A stretch of 64,000 bases of DNA from Hormiphora californensis (lineage: Eukaryota > Animalia > Ctenophora), in NCBI GenBank assembly GCA_020137815.1, contig CM035356.1, positions 6,138,001 through 6,202,000 of the forward strand. The letters run 5' to 3'. Below the pieces are notes generated by a model that ran no database searches, was not told the DNA's origin, and saw only the letters and a list, made by a program, of their open reading frames with translations. This document shows positions 1 to 12,742 of the stretch, piece after piece (within the stretch, counting starts at the first letter, position 1; each line of letters starts with the position of its first letter). Made by a program: the position numbers and the translations under genes.

Positions 1-198
1 CTCCAGAGGAAGTTGCCGGGCTCCCTCCCAATCCGCATCATATACCCGTTCAATGAATCCCCTTGAATGTACACCTTCACCAACAAACTTGAGCTGACCA
101 TTGTCCAACACTTCTGTAAGGGCCAGACATCGGTAGCTTTCCCCATTTATCGTTACAAAAGCTTCATGGTAACTTTCCTTCGGCCCAAAATCAGTCAT
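1..198 (-). CDS. Unknown protein, tandem paralog copy 2 (runs off window start)
   Basis: Reverse strand reads MTDFGPKESYHEAFVTINGESYRCLALTEVLDNGQLKFVGEGVHSRGFIERVYDADWEGARQLPLE, clearly homologous to ORF 1008-1256. Confidence 0.55.
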   Translation of the reverse strand, partial: MTDFGPKESYHEAFVTINGESYRCLALTEVLDNGQLKFVGEGVHSRGFIERVYDADWEGARQLPLE

Positions 199-467
199 TC
201 TTTAACGATATTTGAATAAGAGAATGGTAGAAGCAACAGGCAAGATCGACAAGCTCAAATTTGAGGAGCCTGTCGGCAGAGTCACACTTGCTATCTAAAT
301 GCATGTGAAAGAAAAGCAGTAAGGTGAGGAATAGAGAGTCACTTCTGCGGTCAAAGATAATCATTAACTTTTCTACAGTCATGCAAAGTCGCCGTTCAAG
401 ATCAAATTAACAGTGCCACTGTTGATTTGATCTAACAAGACGTGATGGCTCTGTACACGGGGAACCA

Positions 468-471
<4 letters not shown>

Positions 472-538
<67 letters not shown>

Positions 539-545
539 TATATAT
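472..545. repeat. (AT)n microsatellite
   Basis: Visible dinucleotide run. Confidence 0.95.
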
Positions 546-1007
546 TTACACCATAGTGCTTGCCAGCACTAACGGCCTCATGTTTGGCCCGCCGAGTGTC
601 CCGATGGGACCCGTCGATCAGTATTCCAAATATGAAGGATGGTAACCTGATACTATACGCCAAGTGTCCCGATGAGACCCGCTGAGTTGCCTGTTGCGTG
701 TCAAACTTATCCAATTCAAACAAAATTCTGACCAATATGCCCACTCTACATATCTCTTAAAATGTCCATAACTAATCAATTAAAGTACATAAAATGTATA
801 TAGATTTAACAAAAAATAAAAAACCGCTTGATCAACTTTCCAGACTCCATGCAGTTAAGATTGTAGCAACAGTGAACAAATATCTATGCTTTGTTGTTGG
901 GGTTCAATTTGCATTTTAGCATACTTTGTAATAATACATTTGAATTACTGCAATTCGTCACCTTCAACACATTCTATCGGTCCCACAGAAAAAACGATTC
1001 ACCTCAT

Positions 1008-1256
1008 TTACTTATCGTCAAAGTAGGTAGATTGAACCCAGTTTTGACATTGGAGCTCCAGAGGAAGTTCTTGAGTTTCATGCCAGTATGTACTGGCTAC
1101 TCGTTCAATATATCCCCTTGAATACGTAGCTTCACCAACAAACTTGAACTGAACGCCATTTGCCAACTTTTGTGTGAGGCCCAGACACCGATAATTTTCA
1201 CCATTTATCGTTACAAACGCCTGGTGGTAACTTTCCTTCGGTCCAATGTCAGTCAT
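1008..1256 (-). CDS. Unknown protein, tandem paralog copy 1
   Basis: 82-aa ORF MTDIGPKESYHQAFVTINGENYRCLGLT..., preceded by ctttag acceptor 3 nt upstream of ATG; paralog at 1-198. Confidence 0.55.
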   Translation of the reverse strand: MTDIGPKESYHQAFVTINGENYRCLGLTQKLANGVQFKFVGEATYSRGYIERVASTYWHETQELPLELQCQNWVQSTYFDDK

Positions 1257-1809
1257 TCTCTAAAGATAGAATATAAATGACAGATTTAGGTAAAAACGGC
1301 CCAGAAGTCAAACCAAATTCCTTCTATAACTGTTTACCCCAAACACGTGATATTTATCTTTTTTGACGTGTGCAGTACACAGTATGTACTACACACTGTG
1401 CACCACACCTTAATATGCAAATTGTAATAGCGGATAGGCACACAAAACTAATTCGCGAACAAAGGGGGGGGGGGGTAAACAGTTGAAATAAATGGTTTTA
1501 CAACGACGGAATCTCTCAGCTTCCGACCAATAAGTTAATTCACGGTGTCTTCTTCCTCAGTTCCTCAACTCCTCAGGTAGAGATCCTATCCCGATCCTAT
1601 CCAGTCTTCTGACTAAGTCAAACTGACTTCTTTCTTCAGTATGAGAAAAACTGTTGACTGCAATCTTACAACATCAACAAGGATTCTCCCGTACTTTAGG
1701 AATTTCGGGATAAGATGCTCTCCGGGACCTTCTGAAACTTGTTGGCTATCCCGCCCACCCAACTCCTTTTTAACTGTTCACCCCGGGGCCCTTTTTTGCG
1801 CTTCTAATG

Positions 1810-2670
1810 ATATCTCCGGTTCCCGATAAGATAGAAAAGTCGCTATTATATCAGGAACCGGTCATTTGACATACTTTACAGACCCCAATGGGGTTAAAGT
1901 CCGTTTCAAGCGACTTGACCCGTAATTCTTGGAATTCGGCGCATTGCGCGTGTATTTACAAAGGGGAAATCCTGAATTTCCAGGAATCTCAGGTCAAGTC
2001 GTTTGAAACGCACTTTAAGGCAGCGTTTTTCAAAGACGAAAACGTAAAAATGAGGGTGAACATTTTTTAAATTTTGTAAAGTCCGTTTCAAGCGACTTGA
2101 CCCGTAATTCTTGGAATTTGGCGCATTGCGCGTGTATTTACAAAGGGGAAATCCTGAATTTCCAGGAATCTCAGGTCAAGTCGTTTGAAACGCACTTTAA
2201 AATGGTGCGCGAAAATCAAGCGCGCGAAAATCCAGCGCGAAACGTAAAAACAATTTTACGCTGCATTTGCAATATGCGCGTCGCAACTGCATGCGCGTCA
2301 GAACGCATTAGTGGAGAGCGCAGCTCCAGACCGCGCAATTCCGAGCCGCGCATTTTGTTCTTGTTTGCGCGCGCTCTGCCACTTGTTCGTCCGTATAGTC
2401 GAATTTTTTAATCAAGGGACAGGGGCCGCGCATTTACAAAAGTCTTTTTGCGCGTGCTAAACGTTTTCGCTCATATCTCCTGTTCCTGATAAGATAAAGA
2501 CTTGGTCTTGGTTGCGTTGAAAAGGTCTTAAAATTATCTTTCCAATGCTTCCGGGTTCAAGTCTTAAGATTGCCAGGAACTTGATCTCGATTGTCACGCG
2601 CAAATACAAAGCCGCGCGACTCCTCTGAATGCGCGGCCCCCTGTCCCTTGATTAAAAAATTCGACTTTAC
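1810..2670. mobile_element. Foldback/MITE-like composite repeat
   Basis: ~122-bp direct duplication (1896-2018, 2078-2200), each copy internally palindromic; inverted pair ~2398-2434 vs ~2628-2665. Confidence 0.6.
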
Positions 2671-2869
2671 TCGAGCCAAACCAGAAATTTTTCATTTCCA
2701 CTTCGGTGGATTCTGGGAAGTTCGATCCGGACGCTCTGTGCGATTTCGATGTTCTTTCTTTGTATTCTGTTTTATTAGTGCCGTTCTTGATTCTAATTAT
2801 AAATTCATCTTTACCCAAAATTTAGCTACTTTTTTATGTTTTTCGTTGAGAGAAATTTTTGAAAAAGCT

Positions 2870-3273
2870 TGATCAGTCATCAGCCTTGAGCCTTGACCAA
2901 ATGCCTGGATAAACAATTTGTCACTGTTAACTACATTTTTGCTAGTTGTGTTGTACACCTTCTTTAAGGTGTAATAGCTCTCACACGCACCGCCGAACTA
3001 TTCAAAAAGTCCTTCTATGGCCATTATTGATATGAGCCAATCAATCAGGGAAGCTTTAGATTTGTACCTCTTGTTCCCCGATCCCAGGGATGTCGCGGCC
3101 TGCTCTAGCGTGTCGTCAGAAAATCGTTTCAGTTTTTTAACGTTAGTGTTGTGGAGAACAGTAGGGCTGTAGGCATCGATCAGTCTCTTTACCTTAGCGT
3201 TAGCAGTGTCGTCATCACGCAGCTCCTTGAGTCTACGTTTCTGCTTCTCCACTTGATCACAATTGTCAACCAT
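2870..3273 (-). pseudogene. Decayed retrocopy/retroelement ORF1-like fragment downstream of SL
   Basis: 91-aa ORF starts 5 nt after SL; beyond the stop the frame continues FGGACESYYTLKK...FGQGS, resembling a degenerate Cys-rich (PHD-like) LINE ORF1 region (inference). Confidence 0.5.
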
Positions 3274-3278
3274 TTTGG

Positions 3279-3321
3279 CTCAAATTAATTTGTTTAAAGT
3301 AGTGTTGAAAAGTTTGAAACT
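3279..3321 (-). other. Genomic copy of ctenophore spliced leader (SL) exon
   Basis: Minus strand AGTTTCAAACTTTTCAACACTACTTTAAACAAATTAATTTGAG matches the Pleurobrachia-type SL as I recall it; followed by CCAAA-ATG rather than a GT donor. Confidence 0.85.
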
Positions 3322-3975
3322 TTTTGAAATTTGGATTTTTTTAGTATAATCAACACCTGTGTTTCAATTTCATTTTTGAAACGTTAGAGCACTGGCAAAC
3401 CTGTACCTCCTCCGCATTTACCACTTACATGTCGTTCAATTTAACGAATTGGGCTAGTGTGCTATACATTTCGATATCTCTCGAAATCTTTTGCGAGTGG
3501 AGATTTTCGTCATAAAATAATTTGAGTGTATTCTTTTTTCAATATAATAAGTTGAAGCTTCTAAAGTAAACAACACCCACTGCACCATTGTTTGAAAAAT
3601 ACAGTTGCCTGAAAACCACCACCTCTGATACAGATAGAATCAAAACCCAGACATGACAATGATCCATCAGAACCATTTTTCATAAACCAAGTGAGTTGTC
3701 TTGGAGATTCTCGATCGCAGGATATTCTAGTAACAACTGTTTTTACATCTTTCTACACCAATGTCGCAACATTATCCTCTACAATATATAACTATCTTTG
3801 CGCTACCCAGGTGCCAACTGATATATAATGATAAACACAGGAATAAAGACCAAGCTTCTACAACGTCCATGGCTAGGCAGGATTGCTATAGAACGTGGAC
3901 TACAGTGAACACTCACACAACCAATACTAAGCTAGAGGTGAATTATCGCAGTAATACTACAGTAATAGTAATATC

Positions 3976-4377
3976 TTCCCTTCCCTTCCCTTCCCTTCCC
4001 TTCCCTTCCCTTCCCTTCCCTTCCCTTCCCTTCCCTTCCCTTCCCTTCCCTTCCCTTCCCTTCCCTTCCCTTCCCTTCCCTTCCCTTCCCTTCCCTTCCC
4101 TTCCCTTCCCTTCCCTTCCCTTCCCTTCCCTTCCCTTCCCTTCCCTTCCCTTCCCTTCCCTTCCCTTCCCTTCCCTTCCCTTCCCTTCCCTTCCCTTCCC
4201 TTCCCTTCCCTTCCCTTCCCTTCCCTTCCCTTCCCTTCCCTTCCCTTCCCTTCCCTTCCCTTCCCTTCCCTTCCCTTCCCTTCCCTTCCCTTCCCTTCCC
4301 TTCCCTTCCCTTCCCTTCCCTTCCCTTCCTTTCTCTTTTCTTTTCCTTTCTCTTTTCCTTTCCTTTCCTTTCCTTTC
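3976..4377. repeat. (TTCCC)n pentanucleotide microsatellite
   Basis: About 70 perfect units. Confidence 0.97.
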
Positions 4378-4882
4378 ATTTCAAAACTCTGCCTATACGT
4401 AACTCCCCATCCTTCTCCCTGCTGCAGGTTCAGTTGATTGGAAATGGGGGTAGGGCACTCAGACTACCAACACGAGTTAGGTAGCTCATTATTGATCCCA
4501 CTAAACAGATGATATAGGAGATGTTGTTACCTTTACTGTTGACCATAACAACACCGAGGTCCGAGTGTTCCACTGGAGGAGTTCTTATACAGGGTAACTT
4601 ATCAGGATTGACTGTCAAGGCTTTTTAATCGTCAAAGCTCTGTTATACCAAAATCATGTTTTACACGTTTTCCCTCCCCCTCAGGACTTCACACTGCGCT
4701 ATCAGAACGGACCAGTAATAATCGAGAGTTACTACTATAACACCCCTAACCATGTGGCTGCTGGTTGATCCAAGTTGGTTGGGGATAGATGAGATCTGGT
4801 TGATATAGGTGACTGTGTGGGGCTGTGGCTAGTGTTACTGTCAGTTATGTCAGGGTGGTCCTGTTGAGAAAAACCACGCCCC

Positions 4883-5033
<151 letters not shown>

Positions 5034-5324
5034 CGGGTGGGTACTGGATACTGGGTAGTGAGAGAAACCTTCTCCAAATCGTGTCTCATATCATAAATTT
5101 AAGCTTTCCAAAATCTATTTATTAAACTCTTTTGGGTGGGTGGTATTCAAGAGGTCAGCCAAAATTTTACACTGACTCATCGTTATTGCCTGGCTCTACC
5201 CTCTTTGCGTGCGCCCGCCCTCTTTTACAAAATTAAACGGGTTATAACGTCTCATGCAGCATGCTGAGAATTTAGATATAGGGATGCCAACCTACTCAGT
5301 ACTCTTGACATCATATCTATAACA

Positions 5325-5855
5325 CACACACTCAATTCCAGGTGTTCGACGGTTGATTGTCCTTCTCAAAAATAGTCCATCAGAGGATAACTACTATCTC
5401 ACACATCAACAGCTACAGCTGCAGGTGGAACAAGAAAGGAAGCAGTGAATCACTGTCAGTGATCGATGGGAAAAGGGGTTATGTTGCATGTCGCGCCCCT
5501 CTGTTCGCCGTCAAGTGGTTATGGCATCGACATTATAAGGTGAGAGCAACCAGTGGTAGATTATGCTTTATAGTTCTCTATATTTTAGTACACACACTCA
5601 ATTCCAGGTGTTCGACGGTTGATTGTCCTTCTCAAAAATAGTCCATCAGAGGATAACTACTATCTCACACATCAACAGCTACAGCTGCAGGTGGAACAAG
5701 AAAGGAAGCAGTGAATCACTGTCAGTGATCGATGGGAAAAGGGGTTATGTTGCATGTCGCGCCCCTCTGTTCGCCGTCAAGTGGTTATGGCATCGACATT
5801 ATAAGGTGAGAGCAACCAGTGGTAGATTATGCTTTATAGTTCTCTATATTTTAGT
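5325..5855. repeat. Tandem 266-bp duplication
   Basis: Near-identical ORFs at 5357 and 5623, offset 266 bp. Confidence 0.9.
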
Positions 5856-6482
5856 TGACAAATGACAAGTCAAAATATTTTAATTCTCTAATTATTTTCT
5901 CTCACCCTACCTGCTAGCTACCATTCTATGAATCCTCAATCCACCCTCAGTAGCTACTAGCTGTCACTCTCTCGCTCTGGCTCTATCTACCTCTCTCCGC
6001 CTCTCTCAATCTCCTCTCTCTCTCTTTCTTTGTATGTAGCTGTAGTACGGGATAAGATCTCGCGTATGTGATCCTATCCTTCTAGTTGTGGGTGGTTGTG
6101 TTGCAGGACCGGATCACTCGAATGTGATGTTAGGTTTTATCAGTTGTTTAGCAGACATAAACCCTGGCCCCTGTCCTTACTCAACAACCGCCCATAGTAA
6201 TCCCTGGCAACCGTTTATCTTCCCTGGGTGGTATTAATTCCACAACCTTCTTTTTTCATTTTTGGTGACCCCCCGAAATTTATAAAACTTTCCTAGTAAC
6301 CCTGTAGGCCCGGCCCTGGCCCCTGGGGCCCGAACAACATGACACTTGCTATTCCCAAGATAGCAGATATAATATATAACATATATTCTCTCTACAGATA
6401 ACGTTACGATTAGTCGAACACGGAACACTGTCCTATCTTTACCAACCCTCTTTTTTACCCTCTAACACCCCTTACCTCTCAG

Positions 6483-6896
6483 GAAAGAGATCTTGAAGAG
6501 GAACAGCCCGGCCCAGCAGCCAAGAGATCTCAGCTGGAAGCTATGACCCAGACTGATAAGGAGATCACATCTCGACCTGAAGCTGATGATGTGGAGGATT
6601 ACTGTGATAAGGTTTGTGTACAGCTCTATCCTCTAATCCGAGTTAGGTTGTTTTTCTCAATCGCCTAACTACTAATTTACACTCTCGTGTACTGGTATAG
6701 CCCATGTTATATCTAATCACTTAACACCTGCTATCTGAACCGAAACCCCAGTTTCTATCTATCTCACACCAACACCCCTACCTCACCCCCTGATTAACCA
6801 GGCCCTAACACCCCATCTCCTCCTCTCCAGGATCACTCAGAGCCGGAATTCGACTTTGGAGTTGACTGTAACAAACTGCACCACATGTTACTATGA
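6483..6896 (+). CDS. Last two exons of an unidentified gene (acidic C-terminus)
   Basis: AG/GT-bounded phase-0 exons 6483-6611 (ERDLEEEQPGPAAKRSQ...DYCDK) and 6831-6896 (DHSEPEFDFGVDCNKLHHMLL*). Confidence 0.45.
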
Positions 6897-8016
6897 CGGC
6901 GACTGTGGCCTGTGGGTGCTGTTGTGATGTATGCTGTGATGTCAGGACATTGAAACAGAATCTTCCTTACTCCCCTACACTGTATATATATGTATATATA
7001 TATATATATATCATCTACTGACTGCAGTATTGATCCAGCTCTATTTTGGCTGTTTACATGGAATAGGAATAACAGTGAATGGACTCATAAACAATACCGA
7101 ACATGTCTATTATTACCCCTGTTATTAGAAGGAGAATACAGAGCGGAATTTTCATTATAGAGTGTTTTGACTATCGAGCTGACCTAAAAATGCCATCCTT
7201 TCATTGATGTTTTCTGTTTTATTGCGACTCAGTGCCACTACCCACTGCGGTAGTTTTGATAAATTGGTCTACTTTCTAACTGCTGTTCATAGGACACCAT
7301 GGTATGATATACCTTCCCCACGGCCAGCTCTATATTGTATTACCATGTTGGGACTCTCAAGTCCCATATTTCCGTTTAACTTACTATCTCAATGGTGTCC
7401 TGCAAGTTTCCAAGGCGACCGGCCACTTTTGGTGACAAAATCCATTTTCAGTCACACTCACAAACAGTCCGAACGAACTAACACGTACCGCGCGAAAAAA
7501 GCGCTCAGCGCGCGGGTGAGAGTGCCACTGTCAGTTCAATCCGCGATGTCGCCGACGTCGGGCGCGCACAACGATGGACTTAGGCTCCCCACTGAGAGCT
7601 GAGCCAAGATCGGGAAATGTTAAAATATATGTTTTGAGTGTCAGCACTCACGGTTTTTAGGGTTAGGACTAAAGTAGGGTTATGGCTGGGGTTCGGGTTG
7701 GCGCTAGGGCTAGGGCTTGAGATTTCCTATCAGATAAACTTTGAGTTAGCCAAAACGGTTGAGTGGTTTGCTGGTTAGAGCCATTTTAGTGCATGGTACT
7801 TTTTAGCAGCGTGCCTCAAGGAGGGTTAGGTAGATGGCGCCCGCCAGGCCATGGTGATGTGGCTGGAACCGGAGGCCCGACAGCGTTAACTTGACTCTTG
7901 AGATTAACATCAGCTAAAACCGTTGAGTGGTTCGGCGGTCAGAGCTTTTCCCGTGATTCTACGATCCTAGGGATAAGGAGCAAATCCTGTTCGACACGTT
8001 CTTCGGTGGAAAACAT

Positions 8017-10152
8017 TTGAGGAATCATCAATTTGACGAGCAACACTATGAATTCATACAAGAGGAAGTGGATTCTTTTCTACGAGAGGATGAGGAGGTA
8101 GAGAGCGAGTTAAATAAGCAGGTTCAACCAGAGGAAATCATGGCGGCCATATCGGCACAGGGCAGTGGAAGCAAATCTACAGATGGAGATGGAGTACACC
8201 CCGTGACATTGAAACACCTTGGCCCTTTAGCAAGGATGTTCTTGGCAAAACTTTTCACAAACTGCCTCGTTACCTCGGTTTGGCCATGGAAAACAGCCAT
8301 AGTATCGTTTATCAAGAAACAAGGAAAATCATCTTACCTTCAACCTGGATCTTTTCTACCGATCTCAATTGGAAGCTATGTTGGTAAAATGTTTGAGCGA
8401 GTTATGGATAAGAGGATCAGGGCTCATTGTTACGAGGAAAACATCTTGGAAGACGAGCAAGAAGGTTTTCTTCCCATACGAAACACAACACGGTACTTAT
8501 ACCGTCTCCTGGCTACACTGCACGAGAACAGACGGAGAAAAGCAACTGCCTTTTTACTTCTCTTGGATTTCGAAAAGGCTTTCGACAGCGTCCCCATCCC
8601 CTGCCTAATTTACAAACTCTATAAAGCTGGAATAAAGGGGAACATCCTACGTCTGGTAAATTGTTTCTTGTCATCACGAAAAGTGAAGCTGAAGATAAAC
8701 GGTAAAATTGGTTCTCCCAGGAACTGCACTCTTATTGGGCTACCGCAGGGGGCAGTCATTTCCCCTGTGCTATTCATCATATACGTTTCGGATCTCTTAC
8801 AAACGAAGAATATACCCGAGGACGCCCGAGAAAGATGCGAAACGTTTAAGTTCGCTGATGATGGCACGGTTGTAATAACCGGAGATCAACTTCAATGTGA
8901 AACAGCTCTGTCCTGCGTGCTCAATTACATCCAGAAATGGTGCCGTCTATGGAGATTGGTCATCAATTGCGACAGAGGGAAAACTGAGATTCTCGTGATC
9001 CACCCAAGGAATCAAGAAGTATCATCTACCCCACAACCTATGTACCTTGGACGCAGAGAAATTCTCTACACGGACTCTAGCAAGGTGCTGGGAATCATTC
9101 TCGACACAGACCTGAGCTTTAAAAAGCATGCTGCCTACACTTTGCAAAAGTGTTGGAATTCCTGGAGTAAGCTGTCGGGTGGGACTACCAGGTTAGCTGG
9201 AATAAACAACAACGGCCTCTCGCTCCTGTTCCGAATGGTAATCCTTACCAAACTTCTATACGGAGCACCTCTATGGCTTCGTAACAGATTGGACAGTTTT
9301 AACGATCTAATTGCAAGGGCTAAACTGAAGATTATTGGAAGCCAATTTCACATCTCGAAAACACTAGCTGACCTTCTTATTGGTATACCACCTCTACCGA
9401 TTATTTTGACAGTACTCACAACGAAGTTTGTCCTAAAAGGTCTTACAGCGGGAGACACCATGACTGCTAAATTGCTCCAAATTGAGCATGAGGCAAGCCA
9501 CCCGTTCTATGGACATATTGTGGAAACTAAAAGGTATCTCCATTGGACTGCACAGAGAGCGGAATCTCAAACGGGACGGAGACGATCATTTATTCGATCA
9601 TGCGATCTACTGTCATATGAGTCGGAAGAGTTTCTCTATTCCCGGGACACTATGGACATGTTCACGCACAAATTGTGGGACGATCACGTCAAGGCTAACA
9701 TCACGAACATCTCTGCTGACGACTCTCCTACTACGACGGTTGAAGAGCTACGATCTATTGTGGATACTGAAGCGGTTTCGATAGCCCCTCTTACCAATAG
9801 GAGTATGGACAGAAGGCACTCTTCGTTGACTATGGACTACATCCACGGGCATAGCTTAAGATTTCAAAACTTTGTCGGCAGCTATCAACGAATTGACAGG
9901 AACGTAGAGGAACCTTACTGCCTTGAATGCGGCATGCACCACGACTCACCCTTCCACAAGCTCTTCCAATGTCCAGCTGTCGGGGCGGTATCGGCTCTTA
10001 GGGACCAGTGTCGTGTGGTCTCGGTTTGCACTGGCAACTTCCACCTAGCACTTATCTTTTCTAGAGATAGAAACCTTAAGCATAAGTTTAGAAAGCTTGT
10101 TTATGAGGTCACAGAAAACTCCACTTTTAATGATGAGCTCCTTACCAGTTAA
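8017..10152 (+). mobile_element. 5'-truncated non-LTR retrotransposon ORF2 (RT + C-terminal Cys/His finger)
   Basis: RT motifs QEGF, LDFEKAFDSV, GLPQGAVISP, FADD; C-terminal CLEC..H..H....C; no endonuclease region seen, no ATG start. Confidence 0.93.
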
Positions 10153-10358
10153 ACTTAACCTCACCTAATTACTTAATTAGCCTATCTACCACTTAAAATA
10201 CATAGTTTTACAACCCGCTGGCCAAGCACACTTCACTGCCTATTTAAATCATTAATACTACTTATAATAATATCCTATCTTAACTTATTACTATTCCTGT
10301 GTCATGTGTGACTCTGTGTCTGTGTTTTTTACGGACATGCTTGTTTGTGTGAGTGTGT

Positions 10359-10405
<47 letters not shown>

Positions 10406-10854
10406 GTACTGTATACTTTTGGGTATGAGCATGTATGTGAGGGTAATTTCTATTTTTCTATTTATTTTAAAATCTGTTTTAACTGTACAGCTTAATTTGA
10501 CTCAGCGACTATACTAATTTATTACTATGCTATATTTAGCTGTTCTGCATCTTCCCTACCCCTAGTTATCCCCTAGTTAATCATCTAAGTATCTACCCTT
10601 GTCCCTTATTTAACTATCTATCTATCAACTTACTATTTATTATTACAGTACCTAATCTATATATAACTACCTCTTGGACTTTTGAATCGGCATCAGCATA
10701 ACATGTACTTTTTACCGGACAACCGTTTTATTACTCGCTAAAAGGAGTGTCAATATGTATTCAATTGTTATTGTTATATGTATTGAATCAGATTGAATAA
10801 TAATAATAATACGACCATAATCCTTAAAAATAACAATTAAGCAGGTTAGCAGGT

Positions 10855-12500
10855 ATGAGCTTGGACCAGATTCGAAAACTTGTGGAAAATAGTCCAGGGT
10901 GTTTTCCCGAGGTGGAGAACTTGCTGTCCACATTAAGGATTGAACATGCCTTGTCCGGCCTAGTGGACACTTCACCTGTAGAGGTCGACGATAAGAGTGA
11001 TCCGTTTGGGGACGGTGATCAATCGATGGTATTTTTGAAAGAAAAACAGAAACTCCAGACAAGCTGGGCATCGGGCTTTGATTACAATCCCCAAAACAAC
11101 ACTCGGCTATCAGCGTGGTGTCGAGCGTGTGCTAGTGCTGACATACCCTCAATGGAGCGTTTCATATCGGAGGCGAAGGAGAAGGGAACTCTGACGGAGT
11201 TGTTGGAGCGAAGAGAGAGTAAGCTGCGTTTCTGTGCTATTCTTATGATTATTTGTGGTGCTCGGCAAGATCAGGAGAGGAATTTGAATGGATTTGTTGC
11301 AGCTGCAAAGATGGTGATTGATGCGGGGTGTCGTGTTGACTGCAAAGATGTAGCCGGTTATTCTGCAATCCACCATTGCTTCACAATGTACGGTAATAAG
11401 ACCTCCCAAGAGATTGCTAAACTCCTGGTGGCGGCTGGTGCCAACATAAATGCACAGAACCGATTTGGGTATATCGCACTTCACGAACCCATCATGCACA
11501 ACATGCTGGATGCGTGTGAGTTTCTGCTGAAAAATGGAATCGATCCATCAATTAAAGATAACGATGGTGTGGCCTGCACTAAGATGGTCCACGGCTCTCT
11601 CAACATACCAATGAGTAAACTCTTCTCCGAGAGCTACGCTAAGATGACCAAGGAAGACCGTGGCTCTGAAGAACCCGAGTGTGTTGTGTGCCAAAAGACA
11701 ACGGGACGCCTTCGTAACTGTGCCCAGTGTCTAAAGGTGAAGTACTGTGGACCCAAGTGCCAGAAGAAACACTGGCCTGCCCACAAGGAGATGTGTCGGG
11801 GACTAGATGAGGAGGGGAGTGTCACTGTCCAGCCTATGGTGTTCAACTTACAGCAGGGTGTCATGGTGATGAGGAACCATATTCAGGGAGAGTGGAAGTA
11901 CAAGAGTGTCAAGGAACTTGGTAAATTCGAGGGCGTGGGAAAGTTGATGAAAGTCAAAATCCAGGTAAAAACAACTTAATTTTCCATTTGGTCGTGTGTG
12001 CAGTGAAAACTGAAAAGGGTGTATTTATTTTAATTAAAATTTAATTAAAAGCGGGTTTCTTTTTAGATTCCGCTGAGTCCGGGGCGTGGTGACATCATGG
12101 TGTACAACAAGGGAAAGAAATATCAAGTTATGATCCCCTCTGCAGGTAACATGTTTTCTTTGCATACATTTCACTTCCTCCCAAGCAAGCTACCCTTTCT
12201 TGCATTTTATCCTCCTGTTTGATGTTTGTATACTTGTTTTGTTCAAACCCAGGGCGTGGGGAACCAGGGTCGAACAATTAGAACCGTTACATAGTTATTC
12301 CTTTATTCACAACCTAATAGTTATTCCTTTATTCACAACCTAATAGTTATTCCTTTATTCCAGATCCGCACTGTGCGACAGTTCATGCCGCTGTGGTGGA
12401 GAAAGGTTATGCGGGTGTCAAGGCGTATTTCCTTAGCAAGGCACTAAAATCAGGGGAGTTAACTATCGATCTATCTCGAACCTATGCTGAAACTTGGTAA
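10855..12500 (+). CDS. Ankyrin-repeat + MYND zinc-finger protein, 3 exons, ~441 aa
   Basis: Exons 10855-11964, 12067-12145, 12364-12500 splice in frame; ankyrin repeats (GANINAQNRFGYIALH); MYND CVVC..CAQC..YCGPKCQKKHWPAHKEMC. Confidence 0.88.
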
Positions 12501-12742
12501 AGTAGACGGGAGTGTGTTTGAAGGTGGTAGTCGAGTATGTTTGAAGATTGTAGAATGTAAGAACTGTACAATGCCAATATCTTACCTTCATCTAAAATTT
12601 ATTTTTAATATTTTGCATTATTTTTATCATATTGTAATGTATTTATATTTTTACAATTAACTTAAAAAAATTATCGTTTTAATCCCTGAATCCCCCTTTC
12701 AACTGTTCCCAATCCTCACTCCTCCTCCCCCGTATTCTAAGG

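Noticed and set aside
3279-3321. SL RNA gene
   Set aside because: No GT donor or SL intron after the leader; it runs straight into an ORF
3761-4402. ORFs with PFPSL/GKGRE repeats (also ERER, SLSL, ESES ORFs elsewhere)
   Set aside because: Translations of microsatellites
7655-7720. Interstitial telomere (also 58090-58160)
   Set aside because: Degenerate TTAGGG-like tracts within repeat elements, not true arrays
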